Shown: positions 54,687-62,963 of the stretch, in pieces
Position numbering within the stretch: the first letter of the stretch is position 1
How the letters are laid out: each line of letters opens with the position of its first letter
From: an uncultured bacterium
GTDB taxonomy: Bacteria > Auribacterota > Erginobacteria > Erginobacterales > Erginobacteraceae
NCBI GenBank assembly: GCA_963822585.1
Contig: CAWGIE010000033.1
Span: 96,001-160,000, forward strand
Length of the DNA: 64,000 bases
Direction of reading: 5' to 3'
Program-made: the position numbers and the translations under genes
Notes under the pieces: model-generated
Databases searched by the model: none
The model's input: only the letters and a program-made list of their open reading frames with translations
Told to the model about the DNA's origin: nothing

Positions 54687-56261
54687 CTATAAAAAGCGGC
54701 CGGGGAGTTTTCCGGTGTGCTCCCCGTCCTCCATCACGATCTCCCCGTTGACGATCACGTACTCGATCCCTTGGGGGTACCGCTTCGGCTCCCGGTAGGT
54801 CGCCCGGGAACGGATCGTCTCCGGGTTGAAGATCACCAGGTCGGCCGCCGCTCCTTCCCGGATCATCCCCCGGTCGGCCAGCCCCAGTTTCCGGGCCGGC
54901 TGCCCCGTCATCTTGAAGACCGCTTCCTCCAGCGTCAGGGTGCCGTCTTTGACGAACTCGTCCAGGACTTGCGGGAAAGTCCCGAAGGTCCGGGGATGGG
55001 GCTTTCCCCGGGAGAGCGGCCCGGTCGCCGCCCGGGCGGAGGCGTCGGAGCCGATCATGCAGTAGGGCTTCCCCAGGATCCGCCGGAGATTGTCCGGGCT
55101 CATCCCGAAGAAGAGCGCTTCCACGTTCAGCTCCTCCTCGATCAGGAGTTCGTAGAAACAGTCCAGCGGGGAAACGTTCCTTTTCTCCGCGATCTGGGCC
55201 AGGTTCATCCCCTCGATGGACCGGTTCGCCTCCGTCGCGACATGGGAAATCACCACGCCGTCCCAGTCGTCCCGGTCGACCTCAGGCGACATCCGGCGCC
55301 GTTCCGCCGGGTCCTTGAGCCGGCGCAGTTCTTCCCCGGCGCCCCCCTCGCTGGCCCAACCCGGCAGGAGGATGTCAAGCTCCGTGGCCGAAGCGAGATA
55401 GGGGTACCGGTCGCAGGTGACGTTGAAACCGCGGGAACGGCTGGCCTCGATCTTTTCCAGACAGGCGGCGAGACGCCCCCAGTTCCGCCGCCCCTGCGCC
55501 TTCAGGTGCGATATCTGGAGAGAGACCCCCGTCTCTTCCGCCAGGCGGATGGCTTCCCCCACCGCTTCTTCCACCGTGTCGCTCTCGTTGCGCATGTGGG
55601 TGGCGTATATTCCTTCCGCTTTGGCGGCCAGCCCGATCAGCCCGGCCAGCTCTGCGAAATCGCTGAAGCTTCCCGGGGGATAAACCAGGCCGGTCGAGAT
55701 TCCCCGGCTCCCCGCCGCCAACTCATCTTCCAGGAGAGTGAGCATCCGCTTCATCTCCTCCCGGGAGGGAGAGCCGCCACGGTACCCGATAATCGATCCC
55801 CGGAGGTTCCCGTGACCGGTCAGGGGGACGATATTGACCGCGGTCCCCCCGTCCTCGACTCTCCGGCGGTACTCCCCGAGTGTCGCCCAGTCGATGGTAA
55901 TTTCCAGGTACTGCTTGCGGACCCGTTCCCGCTTCTCTCCGGCGAGGGGAGAGGCGGAACCGCCGCACTGTCCGATCGCCTCCGTCGTCACCCCTTGCCG
56001 GACCTTGCTCTCGGCAAGGGGATCGATCAGGATGGTGAAGTCGGAGTGGGAGTGAATATCGATGAAACCGGGGGCGAGAACCAGGCCCGGGCCCTCGATC
56101 ACCCGGTCCGCCTCTGAGTTGCCCAGGTCGCCGACAGCGTCAATCCTCCCGTTCCGGACCCCGACATCCGCCTCAAAGGCCACTTTTCCGTTCCCGTCTA
56201 CTACCCGAAGATCACGGAAAAGTAGGTGATATATAATTTTTTTGTCTATTTTCTTAGTCAT
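54687..56261 (-). CDS. N-acyl-D-amino-acid deacylase (D-aminoacylase family)
   Basis: PGFIDIHSHSD, QGVTTE..GQCG, STGLVYPPG, THMRNE, ISHLK, GSD, HPRTFGTFP. Confidence 0.92.
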   Translation of the reverse strand: MTKKIDKKIIYHLLFRDLRVVDGNGKVAFEADVGVRNGRIDAVGDLGNSEADRVIEGPGLVLAPGFIDIHSHSDFTILIDPLAESKVRQGVTTEAIGQCGGSASPLAGEKRERVRKQYLEITIDWATLGEYRRRVEDGGTAVNIVPLTGHGNLRGSIIGYRGGSPSREEMKRMLTLLEDELAAGSRGISTGLVYPPGSFSDFAELAGLIGLAAKAEGIYATHMRNESDTVEEAVGEAIRLAEETGVSLQISHLKAQGRRNWGRLAACLEKIEASRSRGFNVTCDRYPYLASATELDILLPGWASEGGAGEELRRLKDPAERRRMSPEVDRDDWDGVVISHVATEANRSIEGMNLAQIAEKRNVSPLDCFYELLIEEELNVEALFFGMSPDNLRRILGKPYCMIGSDASARAATGPLSRGKPHPRTFGTFPQVLDEFVKDGTLTLEEAVFKMTGQPARKLGLADRGMIREGAAADLVIFNPETIRSRATYREPKRYPQGIEYVIVNGEIVMEDGEHTGKLPGRFL

Positions 56262-56437
56262 CGTTCGCAAAACATCTTATCACTATTTTATTGCTGTAGG
56301 TTTATGATATTTTCCTTCCTATGCTTGGAGATTACGCAATATTACCTTCTTGAGGTGAACTAGGTATCTTACCTCCGTCTGGAGGTTTATGGACGATCCC
56401 TAAATGCCGGAGACACACGAGAATAGATCCAACATCT

Positions 56438-56477
56438 GATTAAACATTTTCTGCCGATCGGCAGAAAATGTTTAATC
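56438..56477. repeat. Perfect 40-bp palindrome
   Basis: GATTAAACATTTTCTGCCGA|TCGGCAGAAAATGTTTAATC. Confidence 0.9.
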
Positions 56478-56543
56478 GGAGATCGGCCACAAAGGGGAAA
56501 GAGCGCTGGAAGTGATGCGGCGGTTTATCGGCCGGGGTATTCT

Positions 56544-57662
56544 TTACTCAGCCAGCCGGACGTCGCCCAGGTTGTCTTCGAGGACGGCGAGATACTCATC
56601 GAGCGGGTGGCGCTTTTTGTCGACGATCCGGTAGGTGGTGATCCCCACCCGGTGTCCCTTGATCCGGATCCGGTTCCCCTTACGCCAGTCCCCCCGCTCC
56701 GCCCCGTGGTGGATGATCAGGCGGCTGATCCCGGGCTCGGCCTTCCCCGAAACCTTCACGTCCTCCAGCATCAGGATGGTGGGGTTGACCGCGTTGTAGG
56801 TGTCGTCGGCAACGGTCGCCTCCACCTCCACGGGCCCCAGGTCCGCGCAGTCGAAGTTGCGCAGGGGGGCTTCTTCGGGGTCGAGGAAAGAGAAGAAGGG
56901 GCAGACCATGAACCTCTCATCCCCGACGTGGTCCCAGAACCGGATCGGCCAGTACTTGCCGAACTCGTACACCTGCCTCTCCTCATGCTTGTCTGTCAGG
57001 GTGTACATGAAATTGACGATCCGTTTGATCTCCGGGGTGGAGGCGTAAACGACGAAATCCAGGTCATGGGGATTGGCATACGTCCCCAGGGAGACGGAAC
57101 CGGAGATCCCCAATTGAGAGATGTCGATCTCCAGCAGCTCGGCGGTGTGTTCGGCGATGGTCTTGATCTTGCTCGCGACGGGAGCCTCGCCGGCTTTGTC
57201 CATGATGCACTGAAGCGAGTTCCGGTGAGGGAAACAGGCGACCAGGGAGGTCAGGGGGACACGGGCCTTGAATATCCCGTATATCGGCCGTTCGATATCT
57301 TTCTGTGTGGGGTCGATCTCGATATACCTGGCCAGCTGCAGAGGGTAGAGCTGATCGAGGGGCTCGTTCTCCATGATCTCCTTGGTGATATTCTCGAACG
57401 GGAGCCCGAAGATATTTTTAATGCAGTGCGGGGGAACAGTCCGGGACGGGTCGAGGAGAACGTAAAAATAATGGGCATTGACGATCCTCTCTTCCCGGGG
57501 TTTCTCGATCTGATGATAATAGCCCTCGGTAAAGATGAACGTTCCGTCGTCTTTCAGAAAATACATGGCGTCCCGGAAGTCATCGTCCGCGTTGATGGGC
57601 AGAGCGAAACGGGAAAATTCCGGGTCTTTTCGCATTTTTTCGATAATCGGGTTCACTTTCAT
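56544..57662 (-). CDS. Pol-beta-superfamily nucleotidyltransferase, COG1665-like (paralog D, more divergent)
   Basis: DAMYFLKDDGTFIFTEGYYH; LGISGSVSLG...PHDLDFVVY; EFGKYWPIR; VCPFF; VADDT; HHGAERG. Confidence 0.75.
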   Translation of the reverse strand: MKVNPIIEKMRKDPEFSRFALPINADDDFRDAMYFLKDDGTFIFTEGYYHQIEKPREERIVNAHYFYVLLDPSRTVPPHCIKNIFGLPFENITKEIMENEPLDQLYPLQLARYIEIDPTQKDIERPIYGIFKARVPLTSLVACFPHRNSLQCIMDKAGEAPVASKIKTIAEHTAELLEIDISQLGISGSVSLGTYANPHDLDFVVYASTPEIKRIVNFMYTLTDKHEERQVYEFGKYWPIRFWDHVGDERFMVCPFFSFLDPEEAPLRNFDCADLGPVEVEATVADDTYNAVNPTILMLEDVKVSGKAEPGISRLIIHHGAERGDWRKGNRIRIKGHRVGITTYRIVDKKRHPLDEYLAVLEDNLGDVRLAE

Positions 57663-57831
57663 CACCTTCCTGAATCATCTCGGTTATAAAAGGTAAATTC
57701 CGAGTCCGGGTCTCTTAATAGGAATGGATCTTCATGAGACCCGACTCGGTATTTGAGCGTCAGTCTATCACAACCGGGAGACTTTTAAAGTATAAAATAA
57801 CAAAGGGTCAAGGGGTCATCAAGGGGTCATC

Positions 57832-58972
57832 AAGGGGTCAAGTCTACTCTTGGCTCATATTTGAAATAGTGATAGACTTCTTCCTTCACCGCAGCGGTGG
57901 GTTACGACATACATACTAAGTACATGAAAAAGGATCCTCTATGGCCCGTCCCTTGAGAATACTTTACCCCGGTGCCTGGTACCATGTGATGAACCGGGGC
58001 GCGGGAGATAAAAATATTTTCAGGAATGACTCCGATCGTTACGGATTTCTGCGCCTTCTCGAAGAATCCGTTGGAATGTGGAATATTGAAGTTCACGCTT
58101 ACTCCTTGATGGAAACGCATTATCACATCCTGATAAGAACTCCCCTGGCTAACCTTCCCCGGGCTATGCGTCACATTGATGGTGTACATACTCAACGCTT
58201 TAACCTGCGCCATAATACCGACGGTCACTTATTCCGGGGGAGATACAAATCAATTTTAATCGATAAAGAACACTATCTATTGGAAGTAGTACGCTATATC
58301 CACCTTCAAAAAGTGAGAGCAGGATTGATTGATGATCCGAAAAATGATCAATGGTCATCTCATCAGATATATCTATCCCCACATTGCCAAAGATCGTGGT
58401 TGTTTATCGATACAATCCTCGGGTTATTCGGTACCGATATCAACAGATCCCGAAGAAAACTCGACAACTTCGTCAAGAAAGGTGTTTCAGAGGAATTAGA
58501 ACAATTTTATGGTAAACAACGTCTCTCTCCTATTCTGGGTTCCGAAACATTCATCAATAGAATAAAAGAGACTTATGTTATTCCTGTAGAATTGTCCTAT
58601 GAGATTCCAGATGCTAAGATTATGCTCCAAGTCCCGATCAATCACATTACCCAAGCCGTTTGTTTGGTATACGGAATATCCTTGACTGAACTTAAAAATT
58701 CCAACCGGGGGAGAAGGAATACTGCGCGGAATATGGCCGTTTATCTTGCCCGGAAAGTTGGCGGATACACCCTCAATGAGATCGCGAGTTATTTTGGTTG
58801 TAAGAATTACTCGGGAGTTAGCTCAATTATTCAAAGGTTTGAGCAATATACAATCGAGAATACCGATGTGGAGGAACTGAGCTTAAAAGCCAAAAAACAC
58901 ATTTATCAATTTTTGGCTGAAGAAGCGGAAGGCAGATGAATAAATATGAGCCAAGAGTAGACTTGACCCCTT
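57832..58972. mobile_element. RAYT/Y1-transposase element bounded by perfect 31-bp inverted repeats
   Basis: 57832-57862 AAGGGGTCAAGTCTACTCTTGGCTCATATTT is the exact reverse complement of 58942-58972; interior is visibly more AT-rich than the host genes. Confidence 0.85.
57941..58939 (+). CDS. REP-associated tyrosine transposase-like HUH protein with C-terminal DnaA-type HTH
   Basis: MARPLRI.YPGAWYHVMNRG, LMETHYHIL (HUH), GHLFRGRYKS, RYIH, WSS; C-terminal ARNMAVYLARK..GYTLNEIA.YFG...YS.V. Confidence 0.9.
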   Translation: MARPLRILYPGAWYHVMNRGAGDKNIFRNDSDRYGFLRLLEESVGMWNIEVHAYSLMETHYHILIRTPLANLPRAMRHIDGVHTQRFNLRHNTDGHLFRGRYKSILIDKEHYLLEVVRYIHLQKVRAGLIDDPKNDQWSSHQIYLSPHCQRSWLFIDTILGLFGTDINRSRRKLDNFVKKGVSEELEQFYGKQRLSPILGSETFINRIKETYVIPVELSYEIPDAKIMLQVPINHITQAVCLVYGISLTELKNSNRGRRNTARNMAVYLARKVGGYTLNEIASYFGCKNYSGVSSIIQRFEQYTIENTDVEELSLKAKKHIYQFLAEEAEGR

Positions 58973-60921
58973 TTTTAGTGGCGGCGGTGATCGTGGTCGC
59001 GGCGGCGGTGCGGGCAGTTTACCTCCTCCAGCTTTTTCCCACCCCCTTCTTCGCCTACCCGGTCCTGGACGCGCAGTACTATCTGACCTGGGCCACGGAC
59101 TTGGCCCGGAGCGGGTTTCATTTTTTTCCCGGGTACCAGGGGAATCCCCTCTATCCTTATTTTCTGGCGTTCCTGATCCGGTTTCTCCATGCCGGACCGC
59201 TCCTGATCCGGATAGTCCAGCACGGTCTCGGGGTCCTCACCTGCCTTCTTCTCTTCCGGGCCGGAAAACACCTTTTCGGGGAGAAAGCCGGCCTCCTGGC
59301 GGCCTTCCTCTATGCCGTCTATGTCCCCGCCGTCTTTTACGAAGGCTGGCTGCTTTCCGCTTCGTTGACCGCTTTTTTGGCCGCGGCGCTGCTGGTGTCC
59401 CTGCTCGGGGCCGGCGACAGCGGGAAAACGGGGAACTGGATCGCCGCCGGCCTGATCGGCGGTATCCTCACCCTCGCCCGGCCGACCCTGCTGCCGGTCG
59501 GGGCCTTGCTCTGGCTTTTGATCTTCTTCCGGGGGAAAAAGCCGGATGGAAAGCGCCCCTTTCTGCTTTTCCTGGCCGGGGCGTTGATCGTGCTCGTCCC
59601 CTCATCGGTGTACCTGAGCCTGGCACGCGGGGAGCCGGTCCTGTTATCCTCTCATGGAGGAGAAAACTTTTACATCGGCAATAACGCCGCCGCCACCGGC
59701 GTCAGCAGGATCCCCGACTTCGCCCGGGGCACCCCGGCACTTCAGCATGACGACTTCCGACGGGAAGCGGAACGCCGCGCGGGACGTCCCCTCTCCCCCG
59801 CCGGGAGTTCCCGCTTCTGGTTTCGGGAAGGATTCGGTTTCATCGCCGGCCATCCGCTCCGCTTTCTCAACCTGTTGATCCGCAAGATCGTTCTTTTTTT
59901 CAGCGCCGGGGCATTCGCCGATAATTATGATCTCCCCTTCTTTCGGGAGCGGCTCCCGATCCTGCGCCTTCCTTTCTCCTGGCATCTGCTCTCAGCGGCC
60001 GGCATCCTGGGGATGATCACCGGCTGGAAGGAACGGAAACGACTGGGGATCCTTTACTTCCTCACCGCCGGTTACACGGCCTCGATCGTCCTCTTCTTCA
60101 TCGCCGACCGGTTCCGCCTCCCGGCCGCCCCGTTCTTGGCCCTCTTTGCCGCCGGCGCCCTCTCCTCCATCTTTGGTTTACTCCGGAGAAGGGAAATCAA
60201 AAGAATCGCCATCGTCATTCTTCTCGGGCTGCTGCTCTTCATCGCCGGAGGACTCTTCCCGGAGGGGACGCCTTCGTATGCCGCTTTCTATACGGCGGGA
60301 GAGGTTTATTACCGCGCCGGCCTGTATCAGCAGGCGATTGATTACATCGAACGCGCCCGGTCTTCGCTGGGGACGGATACTTCCGAGGGAAAGCATATCG
60401 GTTACCGGGTCCGGTACGCGCTGGGCCAGGCGTATTTGGGAGCGGGGGAACCGGAAAAAGCGCAAGCCGAGTTCCGGAAACTGCAAATGGATTACCCGGG
60501 CGAACTCCAGGATGCCGACTTCGAGATCGGCAACGTCTACGCCGAACATCATCTCTACCGCGTTGCCCGGGAATACTACCGGGCGGCAATAAGCGAAAAG
60601 CCGGATCATTACCGGGCCTGGAATAATCTGGGAATGGCGTACCGCGAGGAAGGCGAGACCGGGAAGGCCCAAGACGCGTTCCAGACCGCGCTGGGCCTGA
60701 ACCCGGAATACGCCCCTGCTCATGTCAACCGGGGAAACCTCCTGGTCCGGGAAGGTAAATTCGAAGCGGCGTTGGATGAGTTCAACGCGGCGCTGCGGAT
60801 CGATCCGGCGCTGGTTCAGCTCCACCTCTCGGCGGCCTTCTGCCTCCAGAAACTCAACCGGCTCCCGGAAGCTGAAGAGGAACTGCGCCGTTGCCCTCCC
60901 GCTTTCCGGGGCGAGCGCTAA
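58936..60921 (+). CDS. GT39/PMT-like glycosyltransferase with C-terminal TPRs
   Basis: LDAQYY..WA, PLYPYFLA, ARP, GGENFYIGNN, RFRLP; TPRs (AWNNLG, AHVNRG). Confidence 0.85.
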   Translation: MNKYEPRVDLTPFLVAAVIVVAAAVRAVYLLQLFPTPFFAYPVLDAQYYLTWATDLARSGFHFFPGYQGNPLYPYFLAFLIRFLHAGPLLIRIVQHGLGVLTCLLLFRAGKHLFGEKAGLLAAFLYAVYVPAVFYEGWLLSASLTAFLAAALLVSLLGAGDSGKTGNWIAAGLIGGILTLARPTLLPVGALLWLLIFFRGKKPDGKRPFLLFLAGALIVLVPSSVYLSLARGEPVLLSSHGGENFYIGNNAAATGVSRIPDFARGTPALQHDDFRREAERRAGRPLSPAGSSRFWFREGFGFIAGHPLRFLNLLIRKIVLFFSAGAFADNYDLPFFRERLPILRLPFSWHLLSAAGILGMITGWKERKRLGILYFLTAGYTASIVLFFIADRFRLPAAPFLALFAAGALSSIFGLLRRREIKRIAIVILLGLLLFIAGGLFPEGTPSYAAFYTAGEVYYRAGLYQQAIDYIERARSSLGTDTSEGKHIGYRVRYALGQAYLGAGEPEKAQAEFRKLQMDYPGELQDADFEIGNVYAEHHLYRVAREYYRAAISEKPDHYRAWNNLGMAYREEGETGKAQDAFQTALGLNPEYAPAHVNRGNLLVREGKFEAALDEFNAALRIDPALVQLHLSAAFCLQKLNRLPEAEEELRRCPPAFRGER

Positions 60922-61079
60922 AAATGCAGTCCCGCAATTTATTGAACCGCGGATTATGCTGATTACAAAAACAATCCGCTTAATCCAGCCTGCCCTCGGT
61001 TTACCGGGGTTTAATCCGCGGTTTTATCCCGATGACGATCGGAATCACGATGGCTATCGGGGCAATGTCAGGCCGTCGA

Positions 61080-61574
61080 TCAGCCTCTCTTTTTCCGTCT
61101 TCCCTTCTTTTTCGGGCGGCCGCGCTTTTTATACACCGGCTTGATCCCCAGCCGTTCCCGCACCTCCGGGAGTTTCATCTTCCTGACGGCGATAAACGTG
61201 GCCAGGTTCTCACCCCGGGGCTGCGACCGTCCCTGCTCCCAGGACCTGATCGCGGCGACGCTCACGCCCAGAAGACGGGAGAACTCACCTTGCTTCAGCT
61301 TCAGCCGTTTTCTCTGGGCCCTGACCAGCCGGGGGCTGATCCGGGCTTTCCGGGCCTCTTCCTCCGGCACCGCTTCCGGCACCGGAGCGGCCTCGGCCAA
61401 TAGCTTCTTCTGCCGGGCGATTATTTTCTGCAGACCGGCGATCGTCTTCTCCTGTCGGGAGACCGTCCGGGTAATTGCCACCAGCCGGCCGCGCAGCGGC
61501 ACAAAGGCCTTTTTTACTTCTTTCCGAGAGATGCGGCCGATCTCTTCTTTTAAAATTTTTGCGATATCCGCCAT
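61080..61574 (-). CDS. Coiled-coil + XRE-family HTH protein
   Basis: MADIAKILKEEIGRISRKE; RKRLKLKQGEFSRLLGVSVAAIRSWEQGRSQP. Confidence 0.8.
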   Translation of the reverse strand: MADIAKILKEEIGRISRKEVKKAFVPLRGRLVAITRTVSRQEKTIAGLQKIIARQKKLLAEAAPVPEAVPEEEARKARISPRLVRAQRKRLKLKQGEFSRLLGVSVAAIRSWEQGRSQPRGENLATFIAVRKMKLPEVRERLGIKPVYKKRGRPKKKGRRKKRG

Positions 61575-61756
61575 AAAAACCTCCTTAGCTATTACTATCA
61601 GTGTTATTCATTAAGGGCGCCGTGCAAAACCGGTTTTTAGCGCACCGCTGATTGATAGCACTATTTTTGATATAAACGGCAACGGTGTCAAGGAGGAAAT
61701 TATCCGCGGCCATGACGGAGGCTCCGGATGGCCGGCAGGGATTTAACGGCTGGAGG

Positions 61757-62368
61757 TCAAGCGGACGGCTTGCGATAGCGGACCAGAAAGCAATCCTGAC
61801 CGTCTTCGAGATACTCGGGGATCAGTTCCAATTTCCTGCCCCAGTCACGGAAGCATTCGAGCGGGGGTAGATAATCACCGGCAATTACCTCCCGTTGAGC
61901 GGCATGAAAATGATTGATCTGCTCCCGGCTGCAAGCGTGCAGGATCATGATGATCCCGCCGGGGATAAGGACCCGGCGGCATTCCCGCAGTACGTCATCT
62001 TTCCGGTCAAAATGGGGGAAAGAACAGAAACTGAAGACAAAGCGGATACTTGCGTCGTCAAGGGGAAGATGATGGGCATCGGCCTGCACCCGGTGCAGAA
62101 GGGGATGCGCGCTATACCGGCCGGCTTCCGTGAGCATCCCGGATGAGATGTCCAGGACCAGACAGCGGAGAGGATAAATATCAATCAGGTAATTGGCGAA
62201 TCTTCCCGTCCCCCCGCCCAGATCAATGACCACCCCTCCCCGGCCAAGCTCTTCTCCGGGCAAAACCTCATCAAGAAGCGTCCGTTCCCGATCGTTGAAA
62301 ATGTTATTCTCGTGCCATCCGGGGGAGAGATCGTCAAAGAAGGAGCGTTTTTTTTCTGTCATCGTCAT
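61757..62368 (-). CDS. Class I SAM-dependent methyltransferase
   Basis: FFDDLSPGW, VIDLGGGTG, LDISSGML, SFPHF, SREQINHFH. Confidence 0.85.
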   Translation of the reverse strand: MTMTEKKRSFFDDLSPGWHENNIFNDRERTLLDEVLPGEELGRGGVVIDLGGGTGRFANYLIDIYPLRCLVLDISSGMLTEAGRYSAHPLLHRVQADAHHLPLDDASIRFVFSFCSFPHFDRKDDVLRECRRVLIPGGIIMILHACSREQINHFHAAQREVIAGDYLPPLECFRDWGRKLELIPEYLEDGQDCFLVRYRKPSA

Positions 62369-62371
62369 CGC

Positions 62372-62917
62372 TCAATCCCCCTCCACGGCGGAAGCAGCCA
62401 TAACCGGCTGCTCTTCGATTATCCGTAGAATCCAGGGGATGATGCCCGTCTGTATGATTGCCCCCGGAAGTCCCCAGAGCAGTGCCGGTACCAGGAGCCA
62501 GAAGGCCGGAAGCTCGATCACCAGACCGGCGCCCAGGATAAATATCGCCCGTACCCCGCGCTGAATGATAAAGGCGACGACCAGACAGGCGTATATATTC
62601 CACCTTCTCTTCCGGTAGGACCAGAAGATCCAGAGGTTCATCGAGACCGCCTCCAGGACCATCAGGACCGCGACCGGCGGATAGAGGGGGGGCATCCCGG
62701 TAAAAAAAGACGAAAGCAGCGGGACGGCGACGGAGAGGACCAGGGTGGTCCGAAGATGAAGGGTGCAGCCGGCGATAAGAAGCGGCAGAAACATCGGCAT
62801 CAGGTGAGTCCCCAGGCCGAACGGATGAAGCAGCAGGGGAAGGAAGAGCGCGGCAGCGCCCCAAACGCCGCCCCAGATCATATCGCGAATATACAGTTGA
62901 TCAACTCTGTCTCTCAT
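62372..62917 (-). CDS. ECF transporter S-component-like membrane protein
   Basis: LPLLLH..G....MPMFLP, PLLSSFFTGMPP, GLPGAIIQ; start reset to ATG 62917. Confidence 0.8.
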   Translation of the reverse strand: MRDRVDQLYIRDMIWGGVWGAAALFLPLLLHPFGLGTHLMPMFLPLLIAGCTLHLRTTLVLSVAVPLLSSFFTGMPPLYPPVAVLMVLEAVSMNLWIFWSYRKRRWNIYACLVVAFIIQRGVRAIFILGAGLVIELPAFWLLVPALLWGLPGAIIQTGIIPWILRIIEEQPVMAASAVEGD

Positions 62918-62963
62918 TATTATAAGCTCGTTATGTATCACTCGGGCACAGATAACCAATAAG

